The notes under the pieces are model-generated. The model was not told the origin of the DNA. It was given only the letters and a program-made list of their open reading frames with translations, and made no database searches. Position numbers and translations under genes: made by a program. Shown one piece after another: positions 36,452-46,692 of a stretch of 64,000 nt of DNA. The DNA is from an uncultured Acidobacteriota bacterium (lineage in GTDB: Bacteria; Acidobacteriota; Vicinamibacteria; Vicinamibacterales; UBA2999). The stretch covers positions 1,033,017 through 1,097,016 of the forward strand of contig CAVUIM010000004.1 of NCBI GenBank assembly GCA_963741665.1, read 5' to 3'. The number at the start of each line of letters is the position of its first letter. The stretch's first letter is position 1.

Positions 36452-38647
36452 CGTCTCTGGTTCGAGCAGGAGAAATCCCAGCGGTGGGATCGTCAGGACC
36501 AGGGACTGCGGATGGCCGTGGCGGGGCTCGGCCTCGGCTTCGAGCCGGCCGCCGTTGCCGGTGTTGCTGCCGCCGTACACCGCGGCGTCGCTGTTCAGGC
36601 GCTCGCGCCAGCCGCCCGGGCGTGGCACGCCGATGCGGTAGCCGGTCCGCGGCGTCGGCGTGAAATTGGCGACCGCCACCACCACCTGGCCGGTGCCCGG
36701 ATCGCGGCGGACCAGCGACACGATGCTGTGGTCGTGATCGTGGCAGTCGATCCACGCGAAGCCGTCGGGGGCGAAGTCCTCGGCCCATAGCGGGACGCTG
36801 GTCCGGTAGACGTGATTCAGATCGCGCACCCAGAGCTGCAGGCCCTGATGCTGCGGATCGCCGAGCACCGGCCAGTCGAGCTCCCAGTCGTGGTTCCACT
36901 CGCGCCACTGGCCGATCTCGGCGCCCATGAACAGGAGCTTCCGGCCGGGGTGCGCGAACATGTAGCCGAGCAGCGTCCGCAGCGTGGCGTGCTTCTGCCA
37001 GACGTCTCCGGGCATCTTGGACAACAGCGACCGCTTCCCGTGCACGACCTCGTCGTGCGAGAACGGCAGCAGGAACCGCTCGCTGAACGCGTACAGCAGC
37101 GAGAACGTGACCTTGTCATGGTGCCACTTGCGGAACAGCGGGTCGTGGCCGCAGTAGGCGAGCATGTCGTGCATCCACCCCATGTTCCATTTGTGGGTGA
37201 AGCCGAGGCCGCCGAGGTGCACGTCGCGGGTCACGCCCGGCCACGACGTCGACTCTTCGGCCAGCAGCAACACGCCCGGATGGGCGGCGCGGACGACGCT
37301 GGTCAGATGCTGCAGGAACGCGACGGCGTCGAGGTTCTCGCGCCCACCGAACTGGTTCGGCACCCACTGCCCGGCCTGCCGCGAGTAGTCGAGGTACAAC
37401 ATCGACGCCACGGCGTCGACACGCAGTCCGTCGATGTGGAACTCGCGCAGCCAGTGCAGGGCGTTGCTGACGAGGAACGAGCGCACCTCGTGCCGGCCGT
37501 AGTTGAAGACCAGCGTGCCCCAGTCCTGATGCTCGCCCTGCCGGGGGTCAGCATGCTCGTAGAGCGCGGTGCCGTCGAAGCGGGCCAGGCCGTGTGCGTC
37601 CTTCGGGAAGTGGCCCGGCACCCAGTCGAGCACCACGCCGAGCCCGGCCTGATGGCAGGCGTCGACCAGGGCGCGGAAGTCGTCGGGGGTGCCGAAGCGG
37701 CTGGTCGGCGCGAAGAACCCGGTCACCTGGTAGCCCCATGAGCCGGTGAACGGGTGCTCCATCACCGGCATGAGCTCCAGGTGCGTGAAGCCCATGTCGC
37801 GAACGTAGGGCACCAGCGTCTGGGCCATCTCGCGGTAGGTCATGGTGCGGGCGCCATGCTCGGCGCGCCGCCACGACCCCAGGTGCACCTCGTACATCGA
37901 GACCGGAACGGCCGCCGTCGCCGGCTGGGCGTCGCGCCGCGCCAGCCACTCGCCGTCGCCCCAGGCGTAGCCGTCCTGCCAGACGATCGAGGCGGTGTCG
38001 GGCGGCGTCTCGCAGCGCCGGGCGAACGGATCGCCCTTGAGGAAGCTGCGTCCCACGGCGTCGCGGATGTCGAACTTGTAGCGCGGACCGGTGCCGACGC
38101 CGGGGACGAAGATGTCCCACACGCCGGCGGACGCCAGCAGGCGCATCGGATGGACGCGGGCGTCCCAGCCGTTGAAATCGCCGACGACGCTGACCCTGGC
38201 GGCGTTGGGCGCCCACACCGCGAAGTGGACGCCATCGGCGTCGCCGTGACGGATCGGCCGGGCCCCGAGCGCGTCTGCCGCCCGCTGGTGCGTGCCCTCA
38301 CGCCAGAGGTGGCCGTCGAGTTCGCCGAACGCCGACCCGTAGCGATACGGGTCGTCGATGAGCATCGGCGCCGCGTCGTCGGAGGTGACGCGCAGTCGAT
38401 AGTCCACGCCCTCGAGCGACGGCGCCGCGACGCGGCCTTCGAACACCCCACCGGCGTGCAGGCGGGTCATCGCCGTGGCCGCCCCGGTCCGGGCGTCGAC
38501 GATCTCGACGGCGCGCGCCGCCGGCCGCACCGTACGGATGACGACGCCGCCGGCTTCGACGTGCGGGCCGAGCACCCGAAACGGATCGCGATGACGGGCC
38601 TCGGCCAGCGCGTGCAGATCGTCGAGCGGCAGGGTGGACGGGGTCAT
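36428..38647 (-). CDS. glgB: 1,4-alpha-glucan branching enzyme
   Basis: ORF 36428..38725, likely start MTPSTLPLDD at 38647. GH13 hallmarks GFTHLELMPV, GLGVVLDWVPGHF, IDGLRVDAVASMLY, LLAEESTSWPGV, FSHDEV. Confidence 0.92.
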   Translation of the reverse strand: MTPSTLPLDDLHALAEARHRDPFRVLGPHVEAGGVVIRTVRPAARAVEIVDARTGAATAMTRLHAGGVFEGRVAAPSLEGVDYRLRVTSDDAAPMLIDDPYRYGSAFGELDGHLWREGTHQRAADALGARPIRHGDADGVHFAVWAPNAARVSVVGDFNGWDARVHPMRLLASAGVWDIFVPGVGTGPRYKFDIRDAVGRSFLKGDPFARRCETPPDTASIVWQDGYAWGDGEWLARRDAQPATAAVPVSMYEVHLGSWRRAEHGARTMTYREMAQTLVPYVRDMGFTHLELMPVMEHPFTGSWGYQVTGFFAPTSRFGTPDDFRALVDACHQAGLGVVLDWVPGHFPKDAHGLARFDGTALYEHADPRQGEHQDWGTLVFNYGRHEVRSFLVSNALHWLREFHIDGLRVDAVASMLYLDYSRQAGQWVPNQFGGRENLDAVAFLQHLTSVVRAAHPGVLLLAEESTSWPGVTRDVHLGGLGFTHKWNMGWMHDMLAYCGHDPLFRKWHHDKVTFSLLYAFSERFLLPFSHDEVVHGKRSLLSKMPGDVWQKHATLRTLLGYMFAHPGRKLLFMGAEIGQWREWNHDWELDWPVLGDPQHQGLQLWVRDLNHVYRTSVPLWAEDFAPDGFAWIDCHDHDHSIVSLVRRDPGTGQVVVAVANFTPTPRTGYRIGVPRPGGWRERLNSDAAVYGGSNTGNGGRLEAEAEPRHGHPQSLVLTIPPLGFLLLEPETDSLVPGP

Positions 38648-38718
38648 GGCCGGACGCCCGCATCTTATCGTGGCCGGCCGGGAGGGCGGCCGGCGGATGG
38701 TGGCGGTATGATCGTCGG

Positions 38719-39237
38719 ATGACACCAGGACTCTACGCCCGCTTCGCCACGAGCGAGGGCAACTTCTCCGTGCGCCTGTTCGAGCAGGAGACGCCCAAGA
38801 CCGTCGCCAATTTCGTCGCGCTCGCCCAGGGCACCAAGGAATGGACTGACCCGTCGACCCGCGCCCGGACGTCGCGCCCGTTCTACGACGGCCTGATCTT
38901 CCACCGCGTGATCGTCGACTTCATGATTCAGGGCGGCTGCCCCCAGGGCACCGGCATGGGCGGCCCAGGCTACCAGTTCGAGGACGAGTTCGCCCCCGGA
39001 CTGCGCCACACCAAGCCCGGCATCCTGTCGATGGCCAACGCCGGACCGAACACCAACGGCAGCCAGTTCTTCATCACGCTGGTGCCGACCCCGTGGCTCG
39101 ACAACCGGCACTCCGTCTTCGGCGAAATCGCCGACGGCATGGACGTGATCGAGAAGATCGGCAAGACCGCCACCGGACGTCAGGATCGGCCGGTGACGGA
39201 CATCCGCATCGAGTCGGTCACGATCGAGCGCGTGTAG
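38719..39237 (+). CDS. cyclophilin-type peptidyl-prolyl cis-trans isomerase
   Basis: FHRVIVDFMIQGGCPQGTGMGGPGYQFEDEF....LSMANAGPNTNGSQFFIT....LDNRHSVFGE. 172 aa. Confidence 0.93.
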   Translation: MTPGLYARFATSEGNFSVRLFEQETPKTVANFVALAQGTKEWTDPSTRARTSRPFYDGLIFHRVIVDFMIQGGCPQGTGMGGPGYQFEDEFAPGLRHTKPGILSMANAGPNTNGSQFFITLVPTPWLDNRHSVFGEIADGMDVIEKIGKTATGRQDRPVTDIRIESVTIERV

Positions 39238-39421
39238 GCACGCCGGCCGGCCGGCGGTGTCTCGCCGCCGGCCCGAAGTCCGGCCCCGGCGGGCGGCGCA
39301 CGGCGATCGACAGCGCTGCCATCACCAGGGCCAGCAACGCCATCGAGGCGAATTGCGGCCCGTCCGACAGCGCGACGGTCAGGGGTGGAGCGGTCAGGGC
39401 GAAGAGGGGGAACGGCGCCAT
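39218..39421 (-). CDS. possible small membrane protein (67 aa)
   Basis: The ATG is preceded by AGGAG at -9. Two hydrophobic segments (FPLFALTAPPLTVAL, MALLALVMAALSIAV). It overlaps the 3' end of the PPIase gene by 20 nt and may be a chance ORF. Confidence 0.3.
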   Translation of the reverse strand: MAPFPLFALTAPPLTVALSDGPQFASMALLALVMAALSIAVRRPPGPDFGPAARHRRPAGVPTRARS

Positions 39422-39574
39422 CGGTCGGGCTCCTGTGCGGGTGTCGCTGGCAAGGAGAGCGGCACACGCCGCCCGATCCCCTCACGGCGTGACGCCGCAC
39501 GCGCCGCGACCGGTAGCGGACAATCCGTTGGCCCGCCGGCTCACCCGGCAGCCCGTCGCAGCGCGCCGTACACG

Positions 39575-39604
39575 CAGCGAGGGCGGCTTGCGCCGCCCTC
39601 GCTG
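39575..39604 (-). terminator. terminator-like perfect 13 bp hairpin downstream of the aminotransferase gene
   Basis: CAGCGAGGGCGGC-TTGC-GCCGCCCTCGCTG, 25 nt past the stop at 39629. No T-tract. Confidence 0.5.
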
Positions 39605-39628
39605 TCGTCCCGATCTGTGCGGCCGTGG

Positions 39629-41023
39629 CTACATGCTCGAGGTCTTGTTGAGCGCGCCGGCCAGGTTGTTGAGGGCCAGTTCCAGCGTGCGGCGTGACGT
39701 GCCGACGTTCATGCGCATGTGGTGGTCGCTGCCCTTGCCGTAGCTCTGCCCGGCGTTGAGGTGCACCTTCGCGTGCTTCACGAGATGCCGCTCGAGCATC
39801 TGCTCCTTGGACAGCATCGGCGCGTCGGCGGCCTTCGTCCGGTTGTAGTCAGCCGCGAGCTTGGCCGTGCCAATCCGTTCTGCGGCCTCGGTGAAGTCGA
39901 GCCACATCAGGTAGGTGCCCTGCGGCTTGTGGGTCTTGACGCCCGGCAGCTTGCTGTTGACGAAGTCGGCCGCGAAGCTGGTGTTGCCGTCGATGTACTC
40001 GACCAGCTGGTTCAGCCACTCTTCGCCTTCCGGGGTGTAGGCGCCCATGTTGGCGATGTAGCCCAGCGTGTTGAGGTCGGCGCGGTGCTGGACCTTGATG
40101 CGGTCGAGGAAGTCCTTGTTGGTCGAGTAGAACCACGCCAGCTTGTGGGCGGCGAGGCCGAACGACTTGCTGGCGGCTTTGAACGTGATGCTGTTGTCGA
40201 CAATCGCCTTGTTGGGCAGGCTGGCGAACGGCGTGTACTTCTGGCCCTTGGCGACGAAGTCGCAGTGAATCTCGTCGGCCAGGACGACGACGCGGTGCTT
40301 GAGGCAGATCTCGCCGATGCGGGTCAGGTCGGCAGCGCTCCAGCAGTTGCCGGTCGGGTTCTGCGGGTTGCAGAGGATGAACGAGTTGGTGTCGACGCTG
40401 ATCTGCTTCTCGAACGCGTCGAAATCCATCGCGAAGGTGCCGTCGGCGTTGCGCTTGAGCAGCACCTCTTCCTTCTCGGTCCAGCTCGCCGTCAGGTCGC
40501 CGTAGAAGCCGTTGTAGGTCGGCGTCTGCAGCAGCACCTTGGTGCCCTTGGGCGAGAAGGCGCGCAGGGTGGCGATGAGCCCCGGGTGCACGCCCGCCGT
40601 AACGATGAACTGCGACGGCTCGAACGACACGCCGTAGCGGCGCTTGTTCCAGCTCGACACCTTCTGGTAGACGTCCTCGGTCATCGCGCCGCCGTCGATG
40701 TAGCCCCAGTTCTCGTGCTCGAGGCGCGCCTTGAGGGCCTTGGTGATCGACGGCGCGGCGCGGAAGTCGATGTCGGCGATGCCCATGCCGACCTGGACCG
40801 CGTCCTTGCCGAACACGCGGATCTGCTGGTCGTATTTCGTCGACATGGTGCCGAAACGGTTGTACGGCGTGTCGAAGTCGAACCGGCCGCCGGCCTGCGC
40901 GGCCGCACCGGCGACCGCCGCTGCGGCCACCGACGGGGCGCCGCCACCCACCGCGCCCAGGAGGGCCGTCATCCCCGCGTTCTGAAGAAACGTCCTGCGC
41001 CCAAGCCCGTGATGCTTCGACAT
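39629..41023 (-). CDS. class I/II PLP-dependent aminotransferase, MalY/PatB (C-S lyase)-like, with twin-arginine signal peptide
   Basis: MSKHHGLGRRTFLQNAGMTALLGAVGG...AAA is a Tat-type signal (RRTFLQ). The mature part has DIDF, TPTYNGFY, LCNPQNPTG, ADEIHCDF, and SKSFGLA (PLP-Lys context). Confidence 0.88.
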   Translation of the reverse strand: MSKHHGLGRRTFLQNAGMTALLGAVGGGAPSVAAAAVAGAAAQAGGRFDFDTPYNRFGTMSTKYDQQIRVFGKDAVQVGMGIADIDFRAAPSITKALKARLEHENWGYIDGGAMTEDVYQKVSSWNKRRYGVSFEPSQFIVTAGVHPGLIATLRAFSPKGTKVLLQTPTYNGFYGDLTASWTEKEEVLLKRNADGTFAMDFDAFEKQISVDTNSFILCNPQNPTGNCWSAADLTRIGEICLKHRVVVLADEIHCDFVAKGQKYTPFASLPNKAIVDNSITFKAASKSFGLAAHKLAWFYSTNKDFLDRIKVQHRADLNTLGYIANMGAYTPEGEEWLNQLVEYIDGNTSFAADFVNSKLPGVKTHKPQGTYLMWLDFTEAAERIGTAKLAADYNRTKAADAPMLSKEQMLERHLVKHAKVHLNAGQSYGKGSDHHMRMNVGTSRRTLELALNNLAGALNKTSSM

Positions 41024-41192
41024 GTGTGTCTCCGACGGTGTCCGACCGCGGCCGGAATGGCCGACGCGGCGTGCTGACGTGCAGATACTAAACCACCCAG
41101 CGCATGGGTGCGTGCAGTTTTCTCGCTGGGCGGAATGGGGCGCCCCAGAGCCGAACCGTGCAAGGCGGGCGGGGGCCGGGCCGGCGGCCGGC

Positions 41193-42095
41193 TCAGCGGC
41201 GCGGCATCTGGCCCCAGCGGCCGCGCAGGAAGTCGGTCGCGCCCCACCAGATGGCGTCGCGGCTCGCCCGCCGGTCCTGCCAGCGCGATTTCACGCTGTA
41301 GCTGACCAGGGTGCGAGCCAGGCCGGCCCACGTCCGCAGCCAGGTGCCGGCCGAGGCGCCGTGCTTGGACATCAGCAGCAGGCGGTTGCGGGTGTTGTAG
41401 TACGCCACGCTCGGTCCTGGCCGGTAGTGACGGGTGACGCCCTTGTGCCACAGCTTCGCCGCCGGAACCTGGACGATCCGCCACCCGGCCCGCGCCGCCC
41501 GGACGCACCACTCGGTCTCTTCCCAGTAGTAGAAGAACCGGTCGTCGAGCGGCCCGATCGCCTCGATCACCTGCCGGCGCACGAGGATGGCGCAACCCGA
41601 GATCCAGTCGACCGGCCGGGGCGCCGGAAACTGCCCGGCGTCGTCCTCGTTCTGGCCGGTGTGCCAGGCATGGAAGTGCCGGTCGATGACTCCGCCGGCC
41701 GACTGGATCACGGTCGGCTCGTCGTGGTGGTAGACCGTCGGACCGAGAATGCCGACGGCCGGGTCGGCGGCGGCGCGCATCAGCTCGGTGAAGCAGGCCG
41801 GATCGAGGATGGTGTCCTCGTTCAGCACGAGCACCCAGTCGGCTCCCATCTCCAGGGCGGCGGCGATGCCGACGTTGTTGTTGCCGGCGTAGCCGCGGTT
41901 GTCGGCGAGCGGCAGGATCCGCACCGCCGGGAACGCCGCCCGGATCGCCTCGTTCGAGCCATCGGTCGAGGCGTTGTCGAGCACGAGCACCGCGTGGTTG
42001 GCGTAGTCGAGCCCGGCCAGCGACGCCAGGCACGCCAGCGTGTCGTCGCGGCGGTTCGTGTTGAGCACGACCACCACGATGTGGGGCGGGGACAC
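41193..42095 (-). CDS. family 2 glycosyltransferase
   Basis: Tail of ORF 41193..43082. The GTG at 42095 has GAGG upstream. VVVLNTNRRDDTLACLASL, LDNASTDGS, NRGYAGNNN, LVLNEDT, ISGCAILVRR, FFYYWEETEWCVRA. Confidence 0.85.
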   Translation of the reverse strand: MSPPHIVVVVLNTNRRDDTLACLASLAGLDYANHAVLVLDNASTDGSNEAIRAAFPAVRILPLADNRGYAGNNNVGIAAALEMGADWVLVLNEDTILDPACFTELMRAAADPAVGILGPTVYHHDEPTVIQSAGGVIDRHFHAWHTGQNEDDAGQFPAPRPVDWISGCAILVRRQVIEAIGPLDDRFFYYWEETEWCVRAARAGWRIVQVPAAKLWHKGVTRHYRPGPSVAYYNTRNRLLLMSKHGASAGTWLRTWAGLARTLVSYSVKSRWQDRRASRDAIWWGATDFLRGRWGQMPRR

Positions 42096-42103
42096 GCGCG
42101 GCC

Positions 42104-43219
<1,116 letters not shown>

Positions 43220-43365
43220 GCGCGACCGATCCTCCGTGTGCTGTGACCCTTGAGCTTACATGTTCGCGGCGCGATCCTCCATGCGCCGCCGCGGCCGGGG
43301 CCGCTTCTGCTCGCCGCGACGTGTCATTTGGTGAAGCGCCGGCGGCCGCACATTACACTGACGTC

Positions 43366-44145
43366 GTGTCCACCGAGTGGGACGCCACCTCGTACCACAC
43401 CGTATCGGCACCACAGACCAGTTGGGGACATGTGGTGCTCGACAGCCTGGCGCTCGACGGCGGCGAGCGGGTGATCGACGCCGGCTGCGGGTCCGGCCGG
43501 CTCACCGCCGCGCTGCTCGATCGGCTGCCGCACGGCCGCGTGCTGGCGCTTGATCGCTCGCGCAACATGCTCGAGGTGGCGCGCGCCAACCTGCGGCCTG
43601 GCTACGGCGGACGCGTCCACTTCGTGCAGGCGGCGCTACCGGCGGTGCCGGTGTCGGAGTGGGCCGACGTCGTGTTCAGCACCGCGACGTTCCACTGGGT
43701 GCGCGATCACGACGCGTTGTTCCGCCACCTCCACGTCGCGCTGCGCCACGGCGGCCGCCTGCATGCGCAGTGCGGCGGCGGCCCCAATCTGGCCCACGCG
43801 CACGCCCTGGCCGAAGCGGTGATGCAGCAGGCGCCCTTTGCCCGGCACTTCGCCGGCTGGCCGGGCGTGTGGGAGTTCGCCTCGCCCGAGGCCACCGCCG
43901 GCCGGCTCTCCGCCGCCGGCTTCACCGACGTGGTGACCGCGCTGGTCGAGGCACCGACCACCCTGGCGACCGAGGCCGACTACCGCGCCTTCGTCACCAC
44001 CGTCATCTACCATCCGCATCTGGCGCAGCTGCCCGACGGCTTGCGGGGACCGTTCATCGACGAGGTCACCGCCCGCGCCGCCGCCGAGTCGCCGGCGTTC
44101 ACGCTCGACTACTGGCGGCTGAACATGACGGCGACCCGGCCTTAG
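43366..44145 (+). CDS. class I SAM-dependent methyltransferase (trans-aconitate methyltransferase-like)
   Basis: ORF 43243..44145, probable GTG start at 43366 (VSTEWDATSYH). Motif I VIDAGCGSGRLT; post-I LALDRSRNML. Start uncertain. Confidence 0.8.
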   Translation: MSTEWDATSYHTVSAPQTSWGHVVLDSLALDGGERVIDAGCGSGRLTAALLDRLPHGRVLALDRSRNMLEVARANLRPGYGGRVHFVQAALPAVPVSEWADVVFSTATFHWVRDHDALFRHLHVALRHGGRLHAQCGGGPNLAHAHALAEAVMQQAPFARHFAGWPGVWEFASPEATAGRLSAAGFTDVVTALVEAPTTLATEADYRAFVTTVIYHPHLAQLPDGLRGPFIDEVTARAAAESPAFTLDYWRLNMTATRP

Positions 44146-44159
44146 TCTGGCGGTCCGGG

Positions 44160-45381
44160 TCAGCGGCGCGCCGCCAGGCGCCAGAACTGCCGCTCTTCGA
44201 GCACGGTGATGGTCAGCCCTTTTTCGCGCAGGCGCTTGATCTCCATCAGCTTGATGCCGCCGGCGTCGCCGGCCGCCTGGCGCGGATTCGGCGCGCCACG
44301 CACGACCACGGTGGTGCGCGCCGACGGCGCCCCGTGGACGATCGCGCCGGCCCTGGTCGCCGCCGTCGCGGCTTCGGCCCGGGGCCGCGAGAGGATGCCG
44401 GTGAAGGCCAGGTGCACGCCCTTCAGCGTCCGCACCCGGCCGGTGGCCAGCGACGCCGGCTTGGCGCGCAGCGCGGCGATGAGCTGGTCGGCGCTCTCGT
44501 AGCGCTTGCGCCGCTCGCCGATGCAGCGGTAGATGATCTCCTGCAGTTCGCCGCTGCAGGTGAGGGTGCGGACATCGGCCGGCCGGATCCGCGATCGCGC
44601 GTCGCCCTTCACCAGCATCGCCAGCAGCTGCCCCACCTGGTAGACGTCGTCGCGGGCCTGCCACTTCGGCACCAGGCCGGCGATCACCTCGCTGGGCGCG
44701 GTCAGCGCGTTCATGGTGCGGGCGGTGATGCCGCGATGGTCGCTCTGCTGCCGGACGATCCCGAAGTCGCCGAGCTTCAGGGTCGGGCCGTCGCACACGA
44801 ACACGTTCAGCGGCGTCAGGTCGCGGTGCAGGAGCTGGCCACGATGCAGCTTGCCGAGCACGTCGAGTACCGGCGGCAATCTCGCGCCGGGCGCCGGCCT
44901 CGCTCCACGGCCGGGCGGTGCGCGACAGGTAGCTGCTCAGGTCGCCGTGCGCGGCGAACTCGAGGGCGAGCGCGTAGAGCATGCGCCCGTCGGGCCGCTG
45001 GACCGGGAAGCAGTCGAACACGCGGATGGCGCGCGGATGCGCGTGCAGCAGCTGGCCGAAGTAGGCCTCGCGCAGCCATCCGTCCATGCGGGCGCTCACC
45101 TTCACGCACACATCGGTGGGCACGCCGCGCGAGCGCCCGAGGCGGCGGGCCAGGTAGACCTGCCCGAAACCGCCCTCGCCGATGATCCGGCCAATCCGGT
45201 ACGCGTGGCCGGTATCGGGGCTGGTCACGACCTCGTCGCCGGCGACCAGCCGGCCGGCGCGCGGCGTCACGCCGGCTCCGATGGTGCGGGTGCGGGTCAA
45301 TGCGGCGGTATCGACGGCGGGGCGGGCAGGCACGGTGTCCCAGTTTAGAACTCGTCGGGTGCGGTCTGCAGCCGCGGGCAT
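44160..45381 (-). pseudogene. Ser/Thr protein kinase with C-terminal BRCT domain, interrupted by a +1 frameshift at 44867-44871 (GTACC)
   Basis: The N-terminal frame (ORF 43636..45504) has GEGGFGQVYLA and VCVKV. The C-terminal frame (ORF 44160..44879) has HRDLTPLNVFV, LGDFGIV, then LKGVHLAFTGILSRPRAEAATAATRAGAIVHGAPSARTTVVVRG...LREKGLTITVLEERQFWRL (BRCT-like, as in NAD-ligase C-termini). Junction: GCC GCC [G] GTA CTC. Confidence 0.75.
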
Positions 45382-45422
45382 TTTGGGCCGATAGTCCGGG
45401 CGATCGTTCCCCGGAGCACCCA

Positions 45423-46574
45423 ATGACCGCCATGGTTCGTCCGATCGCCGGTTTCCTCGCAGTGGCCCTGATGGCCACAGCTTCGCCGGCACGGCTGCGC
45501 GCACAGCCGACGCTTGACGGCGCCCGGCTGACCGGTCGGGTGACCGACGGCTCTGGCGCCGCGCTCCCCGGCGTCACCGTGACTCTGCGGCCCGGCAGCG
45601 GGACCAATCCGACGACGATCATCAGCGACGGCGTGGGCCAGTTCGTCACGCCGGCGCTGCCGCCCGGTATCTACGAGGTGAACTTCGAGCTCACCGGCTT
45701 CGAGAGCCGCACGCGATCGGGCCTCGAGCTGCGCCAGGGCGAGCTGTTCATCCTTGATCAGCAGCTGGGACTGGCCTCGCTGGCCGAAACCGTGCAGGTG
45801 GTGGCCGACGCGCCGGTCCCGCCCCCGCCGCCGCCACCCCCACCGCCGCCACCCCCGCCGGCACCGCCGGTGCGGCTGGCGGCGCCGAAACGGCCCGAGC
45901 CGATTCCCGTCCCGGCCGAGGTCCTGGCGTCGGTGTGCGGCCCCGGCCAGGCCACCGACGCGAGCCTGTCGATCGGGCACCTGGTGGCGCACCGCGACGA
46001 GCCGGGCCGCCGGCTCTACGGCCGCGGCGACGTGCTGGTCCTCGACATCGGCGCCGATCTCGGTCTCGAATCCGGGCAGAACCTGGTCGTACGCCGCCGG
46101 TTCCTCACCGGCGATCGCACCCGCCAGTTCGTGCGGTCGAGCGGCGGCGAGCAGACCGCCGGCCTGATCCAGGTGGTGGAGGCGGGCGCGGCGACCTCGG
46201 TTGCGGTCGTGGTCTACGCCTGCGGCGAGCTGTTTGCCGGCGACAGCGTGGAGCCGTTCGACGCCCTGCCGATGTGGACGGCGCAGGGGCTGCGGACACC
46301 GCAGTTCGACGATCCCGCGCACGTGATTCTCGGCGAGCACGGCCAGACCCTCGGCGCGCCGCGCCAGCTGATGGTGATCGACCGCGGCGCCGCGCAGGGC
46401 GCCGAGCGCGGCCAGCGAATCACGATCTTCCGCCGCTCGCTCGGCGACCAGGGCCCGGTGGTGCAGGTGGCCGACGCGATCATCATCGCGGTGCGGTCCG
46501 AATCGGCGACGATCCGAATCGAGCGCGCCAGCGACGCGGTGAGCGTCGGCGATCTCGTCGCGCTGCACCGGTAG
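45423..46574 (+). CDS. secreted protein: CarboxypepD_reg-like domain, 14-proline linker, C-terminal domain of unknown function
   Basis: The ATG at 45423 lies within ORF 45300..46574. Signal MTAMVRPIAGFLAVALMATASPARLRAQ. LTGRVTDGSGAALPGVTVTL...GIYEVNFELTGFES. P14 run at 45819..45860. Confidence 0.75.
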   Translation: MTAMVRPIAGFLAVALMATASPARLRAQPTLDGARLTGRVTDGSGAALPGVTVTLRPGSGTNPTTIISDGVGQFVTPALPPGIYEVNFELTGFESRTRSGLELRQGELFILDQQLGLASLAETVQVVADAPVPPPPPPPPPPPPPPAPPVRLAAPKRPEPIPVPAEVLASVCGPGQATDASLSIGHLVAHRDEPGRRLYGRGDVLVLDIGADLGLESGQNLVVRRRFLTGDRTRQFVRSSGGEQTAGLIQVVEAGAATSVAVVVYACGELFAGDSVEPFDALPMWTAQGLRTPQFDDPAHVILGEHGQTLGAPRQLMVIDRGAAQGAERGQRITIFRRSLGDQGPVVQVADAIIIAVRSESATIRIERASDAVSVGDLVALHR

Positions 46575-46580
46575 GTTCGA

Positions 46581-46692
46581 CCCTTCGCGAGGATCGAGAG
46601 CGACGCGGCTGGCCAGCCATAGCTCACGGCGAGCCTGTGGTCCGCCTTCGCCTAAGGCTTCGGCGGACAGCCTTCGCGAGGATCGAGAGCGA
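46581..46692. repeat. two direct copies of CCTTCGCGAGGATCGAGAGCGA (46581..46603, 46670..46692) flanking a symmetric hairpin (46639..46667)
   Basis: Direct reading. Hairpin GTCCGCC-TTC-GCC-TAA-GGC-TTC-GGCGGAC. Copy 2 itself folds as CCTTCGC-(11 nt)-GCGAAGG. A related copy lies at 22967..23000. Confidence 0.7.

Noticed and set aside
45300-45422. N-terminal extension of the CarboxypepD_reg protein ORF (start at 45300)
   Set aside because: The extension overlaps the divergent kinase start and is Arg-rich. The ATG at 45423 yields a canonical signal peptide.
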